Made by a program: the position numbers and the translations under genes. From the NCBI GenBank assembly GCA_965153455.1, contig OZ234493.1, forward strand, positions 35,144,213-35,208,212: a stretch of 64,000 nt of DNA, given 5' to 3'. The stretch comes from Sphagnum compactum (Eukaryota). The notes under the pieces are model-generated. The model saw only the letters and a program-made list of their open reading frames with translations. It was not told the DNA's origin and did not search any database. Positions 24,029 to 38,010 of this stretch are shown piece after piece. Every line of letters starts with the position of its first letter. The stretch's first letter is position 1.

Positions 24029-27000
24029 ATGGCGGCAGCAGCAACAGCAGCAAAGCAGGCCTTCACTGCATCATCCTTCTTGTCTCCGATTTCCAATTTT
24101 GGACCTACCTGTTCTGGTATGTCATCCTTCTTGTTGTTGTTTTTGTTTTTGTTTTTGTTTTTTTTGCCCTCTTTTCCTTTTCTCTCTCGTTTGCTGGATG
24201 TGTGCCGCTGTGTGTTTTGTTTAGTTGCAGTTCTCGTCTCCCCCCCCCTTTCCCCCATTCATGTAAGGCATTTCAAGAAGTTCGGAGAGGACGGAATAGA
24301 GAAATCGGTTATCGCATTGAACCAAAAACATTTGGCACAGATGTGACGGCTGTTTGTTTCTTCAGCAATTTCGATGTCGCTCTGTGCTCTCAGGCAATTT
24401 GTTTGCATGATGCAGGCAGGATTAATCGGTCGGTGCGGTCATGGCGACACAAGAGCAGTCTTAGTCAATGTCTCTCATTCGGCAAACATTCTCTGGACTT
24501 CTTCGCAAATAGGGGTCATCACTCTGCAGCCGACAAGCCACTATGGAGAATTTGCTGCGATGCTTCAACGTCGACAGGTTTAGTGCTTCAATCAATTTGC
24601 AGGTTTGTGTCTTTAAGGAACATAATAGATCCGGCTTTTGCACCACGTCTCGATTTTGATCCTTCTCATGTTGGATTTGCAGTGGCTCCAGCCACGGAAG
24701 ATGCACTGTCGCAAAGTTCTGTGAGAGATGTGCTGGGGGCATTATCCACAATCATCGATCCTGATTTTGGCACCGACATTGTTTCTTGTGGCTTTGTCAA
24801 AGACTTAAGTATTGACAATGATAGCAGCCAGGTGCAGAAAACTTGTGCACATTTTTGTAACCTTTTCTTCTGCACAGTTTCTCCTTTGCAGTAGTAAATA
24901 CTCTTCCCTCCTTTTTGTTTTAGGGTTCACAATAGTATTTGCTGCAGTTGCAAAACCTGAGTTTTCAGTTTTTTGGTTTTAGGTTTCGTTCCGTTTGGAG
25001 CTCACAACACCTGCCTGCCCTGTTAAAGACATGGTAATTTCTGATGCTCTCAAACCCAAATTCCTTCTCTCTTTCCCATGGTATGTGTTTGCACCTAATG
25101 GATCCAGACAGATCCTCAATTAGTTGACAAACCTGTAGAATTATCAAAACTAGGATTACAGTGTTCTGGCAATGCAAAAACCTTTTGTGTATTTAAGAAC
25201 TTTCTTTTGCAGTAGCCAAACTCAGATCCCCCCAGCTCAAACAGCCACATGTGCCAAATTTGGATTAGGTTTTTACTGACATGAATTGGAGGGGAAATCT
25301 TTTCCCCTTTGCTGTAGCATGCTGGACTATAGAACAAGACCCTACTCTAGGTGCTTTTGAACTATTACATTGTTCTTTCTTGATTGGTCATGGAAGCTGT
25401 AACTTGAAATTGCCTCACTGAGTGACAGCATGCTTGGTGACTGCAGTTTGAGCAACAGGCTAAAGAGAAGGTGTCAGCAATACCTTGGGTCAAGGGTGTG
25501 AGTGTGACCATGTCAGCTCAACCAGCAGCACCTTTGGTCGCCGAGGATGTCCCCAAGGGCTTAAAGGAGGTTTCCAACATAATTGCTGTCTCCAGTTGCA
25601 AAGTAGGTACCTACTGCTTTTCACTTGGTTTATACTTTCCAAGTTAGAGCATGAGCCAATGGAGAAAAAAACAGGGAGCAAACACAATCTTTGATCACTG
25701 ATATGTGTTCATTAGGGTTCTTTGAGATGACAAGAAAAGTGTAAGAAAACCACTGTTTCAGTTGGAGAGAGAAAGAACAGCTGGGTGTTGGACTCTTATG
25801 CTTTGATAATATCAAATTGACCAGGGAGGAGTTGGGAAGTCAACAATAGCAGTGAATTTGGCATACTCACTGGCAGGGATGGGAGCAAGGGTGGGCATAT
25901 TTGATGCTGATGTATATGGCCCTAGCCTTCCCACCATGGTCTCCCCAGAGCTTCGTGTTTTGCAGATGGTGAGATGCCCTGAGCTTTTTAACTGTAGCCC
26001 AGTAACCCAGAACCTCATGCACTGAACCAAAATTCTGAACTGTAATAATCAGAGGTTAGCATTTTGTTGTGAAATGGTCAAAATTTCTTTTGTACTGAAT
26101 CCCTCAGACCTGACAATGAATTTTACTTGCAGCAGAGATGACAGTTAACCATAACATGCCCCCTTTGTGATGTTTCCATATACTTGGACAAAAAATTGTG
26201 CTAGATGGGAGCTAGTAACATGCAGACTGGGAATTAGTTAAGGATTGCAACTTAAGGATGTTCTGAGTCAACCATGATTATGCAGTTTGAAGTAGGGAGC
26301 TACCTTGTTTAGCACATGGTTCTATCACAGAAATTTCTGACATTTCTGTACCTCACTGTGACTTAGTTTATGGTTCCATCTTTGAAATGTTGAAACCTTG
26401 ATGTTATGAAGGACATTGGGTATGTTAATTTAGAGCACCAATACTGTGTGCTGCTAAATCAATTGGGTGTGGCCCTCATAACAGCTGTTTTCCGTGTTGT
26501 TTGCTTACAGGAAGCAGAGACCAAAGCAATCATCCCAACTGAGTACATGGGGGTGAAACTTGTATCATTTGGATTTGCAGGGCAGACCAGTGCAATCATG
26601 CGGGGCCCCATGGTGTCTGGGGTTATCAACCAACTTCTTACGACCACTGAATGGTATACATTCTCAATTCATCTCTAGTCGCTATTGGGACTCCATTTTT
26701 TTCCAAGGACTCCCCTAAAATTTGTTTGGTTCTCAGGCTCAGGAGTTTGGGCCATCATTTGCAGTTCTTTCCAGGTGCTTATTACAGAGGTCTTTTGATT
26801 TGGGTGCAGGGGCCAGTTAGATTATCTTGTGATTGATATGCCACCTGGAACAGGTGATATTCAGCTCACTTTGTGCCAGGTAATTCGCCTGAAGGTTTCC
26901 TTTAAGTGGTGGAAGTGCAACTGAAATCAAAGATTTTCAGAGCTTAGATGCATAATTACTTTAGGAGCTTCCTTACATCTATTGTTGTCCCTCTCTACTT

Positions 27001-29088
27001 TCCCAGAATCAGACTTTGAGTAATGTGAAGTTAATTGTGAAATTGGATCAGGTGGTGCCAATCACAGCAGCAGTTATTGTGACAACACCACAGAAGCTGG
27101 CATTCATAGATGTAGCCAAAGGTGTGCAAATGTTCTCCAGGCTCAAGGTATCATTACAGATTGAATTCACTTACCTTGTGGATTGGATATCAGTATCTGC
27201 AGGCCCAGTGAAAATGACATAATTTTTTTTAGTGAATTAAATTATTGAAGCATTTCCAATGTTTTTTTTGTATTGTTTGAAAATGCAGCCACCTGAAGTC
27301 ACATAAAACTCTATTGTTGATGGTTTTCCATTGGAGGCTTCAGGTACCAAGCATTGCAGTGGTAGAGAATATGTGTTATTTTGAAGGTGATGGGAAGCGC
27401 TATTATCCTTTTGGTCAGGGTTCAGGTGCTCAGGTATGTTATATAATGGTGCATTGGGTTCACAAATTTTTCAAAGAAATGACAGCTGTTTTGTGAATAG
27501 AAGATGACTTTCCTTCATGGGCCTGGAACATGTTAAATTCCCTTGGTCATATTTGATATGATCAGGTGACTGACAACATATTTCACATGAAAGCAGGTTA
27601 TACAACAATTTGGAATCCCCAATCTATTTGAGCTTCCCATCCGACCAGAAGTAAGTCCTGCTTCTGATCATTTGAACAGACACTGACCAGAGTTCTTGCA
27701 CAGCAACTCTCAACCTTAATTTTCAATCCCAAAGATGGTGCTAGAAAGGTGGGGTAAGCCTGAGTGATTGAACTTATTTGTGAAATTGAACAGCTGTCAG
27801 CAGCAGGGGACAGTGGAAAGCCAGAAGTTGTTGAGGATCCTCAAGGTGAGGTAGCACGAATTTTCTCAGAAATTGGAGTTTGCGTCGTGCAGCAGTGTGC
27901 TAAACTTCGTCAGCAAGGTAGTAAACACTACTCAGAAGACTTCCTTGCTGTAGCTTTCTGGTGATATGCCCTCAGAAAAAAGTACTAGAAAGTCAATTTG
28001 GATGGACTTTGCCATAAGAGAATTCTCAGATGGTCAGTTCATAAAACTTACTGATGTTCTGCTTTTATGGCACATCACAGTGTCAACAGCAGTGAGGTAT
28101 GATGAGACAATCAAAGCAATTCGTGTGAAGGTTCCAGGCACCACTGATGAGTTCTTCCTACACCCTGCAACTGTACGCCGGAACGATCGCTCTGCCAAAA
28201 GCATTGTAGGTATCCCACAGCTGCATCAACCTTCTATTAACCTTCTTAAGGAGTGAAGTCATGATTGTGAAGTTGATGGGTAGCTTTCCGTTGTTTCGCC
28301 TAAGTTGTATTTGCTCAAGTTTTTGATGCTGAAGGCTTTTTTTACTTAAAATAGGACGAATGGACTGGAGAGCAAAGGTTGCAGTTTGCTGATGTTCCGG
28401 AAAATATTGAGCCAGAGAGTATACGTCCAATGGGCAATTATGCAGTTGCCATCAATTGGCCTGATGGCTTCAGCCAGGTAGATTTCTTTCACCGAGTCCT
28501 ATAAGTGGTGTTCACAGGTCTACATTAGAGACAGCTACTGGTGCTCTTGTATATTGCATCGCCAGAGAGATACGTTCAAGAAGTTCACAACATTGTAGGA
28601 GGTCAAGCTCACAGGTAGATATTGTGATGCACACATGGACATGAGATTAGGTCATTTTCAGCACTTTGGTATGCAGGGTTGCAAGGATAGCCTCCAGGGG
28701 CAATGAAACCAGGGAAGTTAATATCCTGCAAGGTGCTACTTTAGGTGTTGCCAACATCTGAGGGTTTCCAAGCTGTGATTAGGCATAGGTCATACCATTA
28801 TACATAGTTCTATTTTGATCATGCAGCATTCTGAGTGTTTTGGTGAGCAAAACTAACTTATTGTGAGCTGTATCTCCATTGTAGATAGCACCATATGACC
28901 AACTTCAGGCGCTGGAAAGGCTTGTTGATGTTCCTGAGCCAAGCACAAGTTTGGGCATGGAAACAAGTGAGGATGCACATGAAAGAACCCCCTCTTCAGA
29001 GAGTCCTGGGAATTTAAGCGGTGCTGCTGCCATTTTACAACATGCAAGAAGTCTCAAGTCCCAAACTAATGGCTCGAATGGGCTCTAA
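24029..29088 (+). CDS. HCF101: Chloroplast 4Fe-4S cluster scaffold HCF101 (DUF59 + Mrp/NBP35 P-loop ATPase + C-terminal DUF971-type domain); exons 24029-24116, 24416-24577, 24683-24831, 24983-25033, 25447-25602, 25825-25968, 26511-26653, 26810-26879, 27052-27147, 27344-27433, 27597-27650, 27794-27917, 28081-28205, 28355-28477, 28885-29088
   Basis: Motifs [45 protein letters not shown] (deviant Walker A), [73 protein letters not shown]. Ala/Ser-rich transit peptide. The first three exons are less certain. Confidence 0.95.
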
Positions 29089-29749
29089 TCTTTCAACCTA
29101 AGGTGGGTCTTTCTCCATTGACACATTTTGCAAGGCAACATGATTTATTGGGGTCATACCAGAGTACATGTTTTGTAGCTTACCAGATGTACCATAGGAT
29201 TAATGTAATTTCTAGATTTGCACCAAAATTCTAAAAGAGGAGTGAAAAAAAGTCTCTGCAGTATGGCAAGGCCATATGTTGAAGGAATGATAGTTTGAAT
29301 CTGATTGTGATTGCTTGACCACTTATGCATTACCCAAGCAATCAACTTCCTCAAATTCCTTGACTTACCATTGGTGAAAGTTGTCTAAAATGTTTAAGTG
29401 GTTTTTTTTGGTCACTTTTTCTTTCATTTTAACACAAGGATATGTCAATTGGAAGATATATGGGTCAAGAAAGTTGAACAATGGATGAGTTAGACCTAGT
29501 TGAGAAAGTATACTGTTGGATGATATGTGGATTGGCAAGGTTGAAAATTGAGAAATATAATGAATGATGTGGGTTGGGGAAGATGAAAATGCTGAAAAGT
29601 TGAAACAAGGCAAAATAATGGATGAAATGAGATGGAATCTGGGAGAGGTAAACATTGGATGATAAGAATTCATTGAATTGGAAAAGGACAATGGATGAAA
29701 TGAAAGTTGGGAAGAAAAGGATTGAAGAAAATTGGATCAGATCCATTAA

Positions 29750-30530
29750 TCAAAATGTTGATGTAACATTAATAGACTTGTAACCATCAAATATTGAAAT
29801 ATGATTGTACTTTGACACATCGATGTATTTCTGTATTTCAATTGAAGAATGTGGGATTGTGGTTCCCATGAGACAAAATGTGAGAGGTTTGAAGGTTGCA
29901 ATAAGAGAGTATTCCTTGAAAATGCTGATGCAATGAATTCCTTTTGAGGGCTTGTACAATTACATGAGACTTTATAAATTGGGAATGAGAGGTGGCGATG
30001 ATGTGTTACTTGATAATTTTGCCATTTCTTTTTTTATTGTTATGTGGAAGTTGTCAGGATGAAAATGAAGAGGTGCTGAGAAGTATAACTTTTCTTTTGT
30101 GCAAATGTGGGATAAAGTTGCATATGGAACATCTGTTGGATGGAACAGCAATTCATCCATTGTCAATCCTTGAGCTTGATGAATTGTTTTTGCTGCTGCA
30201 AGTTGAACTATAAATTTAGTTTTCATTATGAGACATGGTTGCATTTTCTGGACTTTAATGTCTTGAGTCAATGCTTTGATCAGCATCCACTCAAAATCAA
30301 TATCATTTGCATTAAGTTGAATTGAATTATTTTGCATTTTTTTCCAATGATGGGATTTTTAAATGATAGGTATTGACAATATGTGTTTGTCTGCATAAAT
30401 GGTTGATGCTTTGAATGAACCATATGCTCTATTAACAAGGCCATTTGGAGTGTTATAATTTCCAGCATATAATTTATCAAGCATGTCTTTTTCAAACAAA
30501 TTGTAGAAGACTATGTAAAGGATATCGTTC
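29750..30530 (-). mobile_element. Degenerate PIF1-like helicase followed by an EEP/AP-endonuclease-like segment (Helentron-type Helitron remnant)
   Basis: LYAGNYNTPNGLVNRAYG (PIF1 N.D...GLVNG..G), QLAAAKTIHQAQGLTMD and YATLSH (PIF1 motifs V/VI). Immediately downstream, IVQALKRNSLHQHFQGILSYCNLQTSHIL / CLMGT resembles the EEP N-terminal LNxxSL..H ... I.CLxET. Multiple frameshifts. Confidence 0.7.
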
Positions 30531-30548
30531 ATGCACATGGGAATCCAA

Positions 30549-30800
30549 CAATGTGTTTTTTTCAAATTTGTGAAGTAGGTGGGTTGGCAATCGTGCCCAA
30601 GTGGACTTAGCCATATTCAAATTTGTCTAGAGGACAAAGGGGGAAGTAGAATTCCTCCTATAATTTGATGACTTGTTGGAATTTATTCTCTAATTATGAC
30701 ATTGGATGACATTGGATTTTTTCCTTCATAATATGGTGACTTGGGCCTATTTTTTCCAAAAAAAATCCCTTTGTACTTTTTGCACCTTTTCTTTGTTTTC
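30549..30800. repeat. Member of a dispersed MITE-like family with GTGTTTTTTTCAA(A/T)TTTGTG ends (related ends near 18217-18240 and 53078-53103)
   Basis: 30553 GTGTTTTTTTCAAATTTGTG matches the reverse complement of CACAAAATTGAAAAAAAAACAC at ~53078 and, more loosely, ~18217. The right boundary is approximate. Confidence 0.45.
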
Positions 30801-31889
30801 CTCATTAATTTGTGAATTATCTAGTTTGATTTGGGCCCATTATTCCCCCAAAAACGCCCTTTGTACCTTTTGCACCTCCCTTTTTTTTTCTTTTTTTTTT
30901 TCTGATAATTTGTGAATATTTATGGTGATCTGTCTGGGCCATTCTTCCCCAAAAAATCTCCTTTGTACCTTTTGCACCTTTTTTTGTTGTTGCTAATTTG
31001 TGAATATTTGTGTTGTTTTGCTTGGATCATCAAGTAGTTTGAAAAATGGTGGACATGAAGAGTGATGAATATATAAATTCTAGCATGTAGTTGAAATAAG
31101 CGCTTTGAGGCTTTGTGCTGGTTGGTGGAGGTAGCTAATGAAATGAAATTAGGTTGATCTATGAGACAAAATAAAATTGTAAGATTAATGTGGGTTGAAG
31201 GTGAACCAATAAATCCTTGATATTTTCAACAAGAGGCTACATTCACAACTATGATGCTATTAGCATTTGGGATATTTATGATGTTGAGAAGCAAGTATTT
31301 TAGGGTTTTGTCATGGTTTTGGTGTGGGTGTTGTTTCATCTAGGCACTATGTGATATTCAAATATTTTCTTAACTGGCTTTTAAAAAAATCATGGTAATT
31401 GTTATTATTAATCATGGTAATTGTTATTATTAATCATGGATGTAAGTTTGATATGTCATTTAGTCAAAAAGCTGTATTGTTTTTTAGTTGTTTTTTTTTT
31501 TAAAAGCTTTAAAATAATGGCTTTAAGTGGCATGATATCAAAAGTCCAACCAATTGATTGTGTGGATTAACATACAATGGTTGTAACCACATTCAATGAA
31601 TTATTGAATTGGGTTTAAGTGTATGGTTATAGTTTATAATAGTTCTTTGATTGATGTTATGATGATTTTTTTTTCACCCCTTTAATGGTAGCCCATACAC
31701 ATATTTCATTTTCCTATGTACAAAGAGATTTACATGATATATTTAAGTTTCAAAAAATTTCAGAAAATGTTTCATTGACAAAGACATCGGTAGATGTCCA
31801 ACGATGACATGCTTCGTAGGTTTTTGTAATTTTTAGATCTAGTGTAGCATGGTTAGTGCTTTATGTTCAAATTTATCAACTAGGTATTT

Positions 31890-32090
31890 CTAAAAGTTAT
31901 GAAAGATCACATAGTTTGAAATGATTTTCAAAAGCTTGAAAAAAATTTGTATTAGATTGCATCCAAAATGTTGGTCTTGTGTGATGTTGTCAAAATTTAC
32001 ACAATGGATCAAATTTTGTCGAACATAGATCTTTTTAGTAGGTATGCATGTGATTGTGTACACATGGTGTTGTTTCACTAGTGGAACACA
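31890..32090 (-). pseudogene. GIY-YIG endonuclease-like remnant
   Basis: HVYTITCIPTKKIYVRQ resembles GIY-x-YIG with YVGQ changed to YVRQ. After a frameshift, DPLCKF*QH resembles the R..QH helix. Confidence 0.45.
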
Positions 32091-34849
32091 TTTTCCCTCT
32101 TCAACGTTAATAGTTTTGGTGCTCATGTTAAACGTTTAGGTGGGGATGTCACCAATGTTAATGTTTAGGGCATCAAATTTTTTTGTCACTTTTGTAAATT
32201 ACCCATCACTATTTTTCAAGTTTTTGAACAATTGTTTCACTTGGTCAAAATAAAGGTCCAACCATATGCTAGTGTTAGAGATGTTGAATTCAACAAGAAA
32301 CGAAACCATCTAATATGGTGTTAAGGTGTTCAACACAACTTTGTCGATCAAGCTTGTGACCGCATACATCATAAGTTCATTTTTGATATTTGCACATAAT
32401 GTATGTAAGGTGTCTATAAACAACTTCATAATGACAATAATCAAATGAAAATGAATTTCTGTGTGAAAACATAATTTAAGAAATGAATTGTGAGTGATGA
32501 AAGAAACCAATACTAGATGTTGACATTTTGTTGCGTTGATCCAAAAAAAAATTCATGTTTTTAACAGTTCGCAAATTGGATTGTTTCCATTGGAGATGTG
32601 AAGGTAGGGGGTATATTGTATCTCTTGTAGGTACAAACATCTAAAATGTGCAATTAACTATTAGTTGAATAATAAATATGTTGATCTTTTTTTGGTTTTT
32701 GTCAATTGGTGGGGGAGGGGAGGTGCAAGTGGATTCAATAAGCTTTTGGTTTAAAATATTAAATATCTATAGTCTTGGGTGGGGTCATGTTGAACACCAA
32801 CAAAATTGATTAGGATTTCAGAATATCAATATGAATTAAAAAAATTCATGACAAAATTTAAAAAAACCATCACCAATTTAAATCATCCTTTGAAACAGTG
32901 TTAAGGTTTAAGGATGTAAAAATCCTAGGGGTCAAGATTTAGGGTTGTATTTTAATTTAACATCATTTAAAGTTTGTATTACATCCCATTACACAACAAT
33001 CTATTATTCCTTGTGAATTCCATTTTAATTTTCACTTTTTATTTGAATATTTGTTAATGTATGCTACATTTGGTAAGACGAAAACAAATGCAATGTACAA
33101 AGAATATTTTTCTTAAAAAGTTAATAAGCTTCCCATTATAAATATCATTTTTTGAATCTTATTGTACTCCAAGAGCAATGTATGACTTAACAAATATTGA
33201 ATGGATTCATTTATCATTGTGTTCATAGACATTTTGTGTATGTAGTTTGCATGGAAAATAATTATGGCATTTCATATTTAATATTTGAAATGAAAATAAA
33301 ACATTTGATTAAACATGATATTAATAAAAACATATTGTTTTATGGTTATTTGAAGATATAAATGAAAAAAACACAAAATAAGCTTTCAAGACCTTCTTTC
33401 GATCATTTTGAATAATAATAAATGCAAAATGAAGATTTATAACAAAGCAAAAAAGTTAATATTATTTTGAAAGAATTAAAAAAAATTATACGGGTAAGAT
33501 ATGAAGGTAAAAATTGTTATGTAAAATATTTATTAGGGTGTTTAATAAGATTTTAAGGTAGCTCGTGATAAAAATGAATGTTTAACATATTGATTGAATG
33601 GGTTCTAAATGGATTGGTTAATATGAAAATAATGCATGTGTAAATTAACAAATCATACATGTTATTCTAATGAAAAAGATGAAACAAAATTAAACAAACT
33701 ATCCAAATGTAAAATAATCAGGTGTTAAAAATGAATCAAAGGTGAATTAGTTGTACATGTGGTCAAATGATTATAATGAATGAAAATGTGATAATGATTT
33801 TAGAAATATCATATTTAGGTCATTATGTCGAAACAAAGAAGTTACAAAAGGTTAATAGGATGTGAACATTATGAGTGAAGCCTCTATACTTAGGTGTAGT
33901 GAGATGACACTTTGAACTATGAATCTATTAGATAATAAAAGAAAAAGGTGCCCAATGGATTGTTAAACTTTTGGAATCACATGTTAAAAAATCTTGAAGG
34001 TAATGTGATTTAAAAACTTGAGTATTTAGTGATAATCTTTTTTTAAACTATTGGGAATGATCAAAGGTGTTAGATTGAATCATGGTGATAATATGAAACG
34101 AGGAGTTATGCAACGTAAAATAAATAAGGAACTTTGAAAGATGATGTGTTTTCTGAAATTTCATGGTTGCCTTAATATCCTCACGTCCAAGGTATCATTT
34201 TCCTTTAAAATTTTACAAGAATTTTTTTGTGAAGATTATGTAGATGTTAACAAGATTTGCGTTGCATATATCCAAATGTTGTGAAAGCCAAAAATTAGTG
34301 GATTCAAATGAAAAAAAAAAAAAAAACTACTTGGACGAGGTTCTAACAAGCCTATATGGAATAATACATACCCAAAACTACGTTCATAAAATGAAATTAG
34401 GGTTTATGGGTTTTACCCCAAGGTTGTTTGATTGTTGCGAAATATAAAGTGAAATTTAATGAACATCTCTTTTATTTTCAACATTAAATTATTTTTACCA
34501 AATTTATTTATTTATGAACGGATTGGACGAGTCCATTAAATTCATTGTCCAAAATTAAAAACAATTTTGAGAGTTGACAAAAGGGGCCATCATAATCAAT
34601 TAATTTTGGAAGGGGCAAAAGGGAGTAGGATGGAAAAGGCTAGGCATGGTCAAAAGATTTTTTAAGTCCATATTTCAAACTACTACTTTGTAAACCTTTT
34701 TTAAACACCTTTACAAAAAGGAACAAGCTTACATAAGTGGAATTTCTCATGTTCCAACTTCCATAAAGAAAAACATTGATTTTTTGATCGCCCCAAAAAA
34801 TTATATCATTTTGGTTAATAACAAATGTTGTTATATAAGAGGTGGAAGA

Positions 34850-37800
34850 TAATATATAAAAAGTGAAAATGCCTCACCCAAATGGTGAGCTTATGCGTTT
34901 GTTGAAAATTTCAATTACCGTGGTCAATGGGGTCAAATACATTGTAATCCAAATGTAATTAGATTGGCTGGTCATATTAGTAATGAACCAGCCACGATCT
35001 TAATTGACATGGGGAATTTTTAATATTTTTTATCATAAAAAATGGTTGACTAAGTAAATATACAACAAATGAAAGTTAAGGTCAATACCATCCTATTTCG
35101 TAATGATGGTATTGGGGCATTAATAACAAGGTGTTCCAAAACGTAATGATGATACAAGGAGTTGAAACAATATTGGATTTTGAGGTTTAGGACAAGGTTG
35201 TTATAACATAATTATTGGCATGGAATGATTAGTGCAAATGGATGTTAAGGTCGATTATCGTGATTATTTGATAGTTGGGATTTTTTTTTATGGTTCACCT
35301 TTTCGTTTAACAACTATGAAACCAATGCTTAATACCCAATAATGATCAAGTATTAAAATAAATAAAAGATTTTTTTAAAAAATCAATATTATTGAATAAG
35401 TGTGCATGAAGACCTTGGTGTGAATCATGTGGTGAATGAAATATTCACAGGAGTAAAAAATAATATTAAAGTTCTTTGAAGATTTGCTTAGATTACCCTA
35501 AGGAAAAAATGTTGACCATGCCATAAAATTGACTTTAAGGGATGCCCTAATTTCTTATGTCATTTATCATCATTTTTTATTGGAAAATAATGAATTAATG
35601 AAAGTTTTAGGAAACTTTTTTTAGTATTTATGGATGACATATTGGTATATTTCAAGTCATCAACTAGACATGAAAAATATTTCTAACAAGTGTTACAAAT
35701 ATTAAAAAATAATTATATGCGAAATGGAATAAATGTGAATTTTTTCCTCCTAGGTGGAATATTTATGATTCTTTGTATTTAAAAATGGTTTGACAACTGA
35801 CTTTAAGATGATACAATCTATGGGTGATTGGCCCACCCCAAGAGTTTAAATAAACTTGAAGGATTTTTAAGCCTTGAAAATATTTATAACATATTTATTA
35901 AATCATTATCCAAGATTTTGGTCACATTGACCAAAGGAATGATGAAATCAAATGGAATCCAATGTGTGAGGATAATTTTAATATGTTCAAAAAGGTTTCA
36001 TTCAAGTTTCAAAACACGATTAAAATACCTTTTAAGCAACACTAAGGACTCACTCATAAAAACTCAAATTCATTTTTTTCTTTCATTTTTCCTATAACAT
36101 GTTTTAGATTTCCCTTTTTTTCATGTTAAATGAAATAATTTTATTTCAAATTTTATATAGGCATCTAAAATAGACATTTTCACTTATAAAAGTAAGAATA
36201 ATGAAATTTATCCAATATGTGCCATGTTCTATCAATGGCCCAAAATTTTCAATTTTTGAAACATTTTATATTGTAATAGGACACTTGGTTTTTGTCACAT
36301 TCATACATTTTATGTAAATTAATATATAAGGTGTTTGGGGTAAAAATATTGATCCCCAAAAATAAATTTAGACATTTTTTATGAAGTCTTGAACCTTTTT
36401 TTTCTCAAGTAATAAAGTCCTAAATGTTTTTCTAGCACTTGATAGGAATTTTGAAACTTGTTTAATTTTGACATGTTATGCATAGAATAGTACTTTAGTA
36501 ATGTATCTATCCATGAAGAAAATCAAATATTCAATATGAATGTGATATGAAGTTACAACATGTTTTAAGTGAGGGGGTACACTGGATTAAAAAAAAACAG
36601 TCATTTTTTATACCCTAATCACATTTTGACCTTCAAACACATATTTTGAAATTAATGGTTTATATAATGAATGGGGTAATATTATGTATGAACGTAAATA
36701 AAAAAGACTATTAGGGTTATTTTAATGCAAGAAAGTCATGTTGTGATTTATGAATGAAGAAAATTAAACCCATTGAACATAAGTATCCAACACATGAAAA
36801 TGAATTATTGACCATGCATTAAAAGTTTGGAGGCATTATATTTTGGGAAGGCATTTTAAGATTGAGACAAACCATGTTAGCCTAAAATTCTTGACCAGAT
36901 AGCGTACATTGAGTCATAAGCAATGTCATTGGGTGGAATTATTTCAAAAAAATTCCAGGAAAGGAAAATATGGTCATGTCTTATCTAAAAGGAAATGGAC
37001 TATGTCATTTCCATAATTAAGGGTGGTTTCATAGAAAAAATAAAAAAATATATAACACATATTTTTATTTTGACGCATTTTTTTATGCATTGTTCGAGGG
37101 GAAAATTTCTCAAAAGAGTTGTGTAAATATGTAACTAATGTGTTAAAAAATGGGTTATAGTACTATGATGGTGACGTATGTATCCATGAAAACACAAATT
37201 GTATCTTGATTTTATATGAATACCATTATATCCCTATTGTGAATCATTTTAAATTTCAAAAAATTTATATCACGATTAAAAAATCTTTCTTTTGGCTTGG
37301 AATGAAAAGGGATATTCATGAGTATGTGGAAAGGTGTTATCCTTATCAAAAATCAAAGAATGAACAAACAAAAACTTCTAAATTATTTCAACCATTAACT
37401 AGATTAATCACAAAATGATAATCCATAAATATGAATTTTATTGTGGACCTACTTAAGACAAGGAAGGATAATAATGCCATATTTGTGGTGGTAGATTACT
37501 TGTTGAAACAAACCCATTTTGTTCCCACAAAAACAATGGCCACAGATAGGGAAATAAATAAATAAATTATTATTTAAATAACATATATATATATACTTCA
37601 TGGGCTACATAAAAAAATTATTTTTGATAGGATTTCAAAATTCCTTAGTACATTTTGGATAATGTTATTTAAATCATTAGGCACAAAATTATGTTTTAAC
37701 ACTACATACCAAATGGCCAAACTGAGAGAACTAATTGGACTTAAAAATATATGTGGAAGATCAATGTAACTTTTAGGTGAAGTTTTTGGGAAAAATATTT

Positions 37801-38010
37801 TCACTTGGTGGAATTGGTTTATAATAATAATGTCCACATCTTGATTGGTGTGAACCCATTTGAGGCTATGTATGGCCAATAATGATTAACATCGACATTT
37901 TAGAATGTTCTTCCAATTCGAGTGGAAACACTCGATCAAATGTTAAACATAATGCAATTGAAATAATAAAACATTAAAAATTATATGTTAAGGGCCCAGA
38001 CAAAAAGCTA
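34850..38010 (+). mobile_element. Heavily decayed Ty3/Gypsy LTR retrotransposon pol remnant, with an unrelated insertion at ~36000-36630
   Basis: Domain order is protease (IRLAGHISNEPATILID ~34957-35007), RT (VFMDDILVYF 35624-35653), RNase H (KYPTHENELL, VWRHYILGRHFKIETNH ~36780-36876), integrase zinc finger (ORF 37206-37418 ...FFWLGMKRDIHEYVERC) and integrase core (MNFIVDLLKTRKDNNAIFVVVD ~37431). No LTRs were recognised. Confidence 0.88.

Noticed and set aside
23890-24894. 334-aa ORF giving HCF101 a transmembrane N-terminus
   Set aside because: The hydrophobic stretch is the GT/T-rich first intron read through by chance. The ATG at 24029 gives a plausible transit peptide with proper splice sites.
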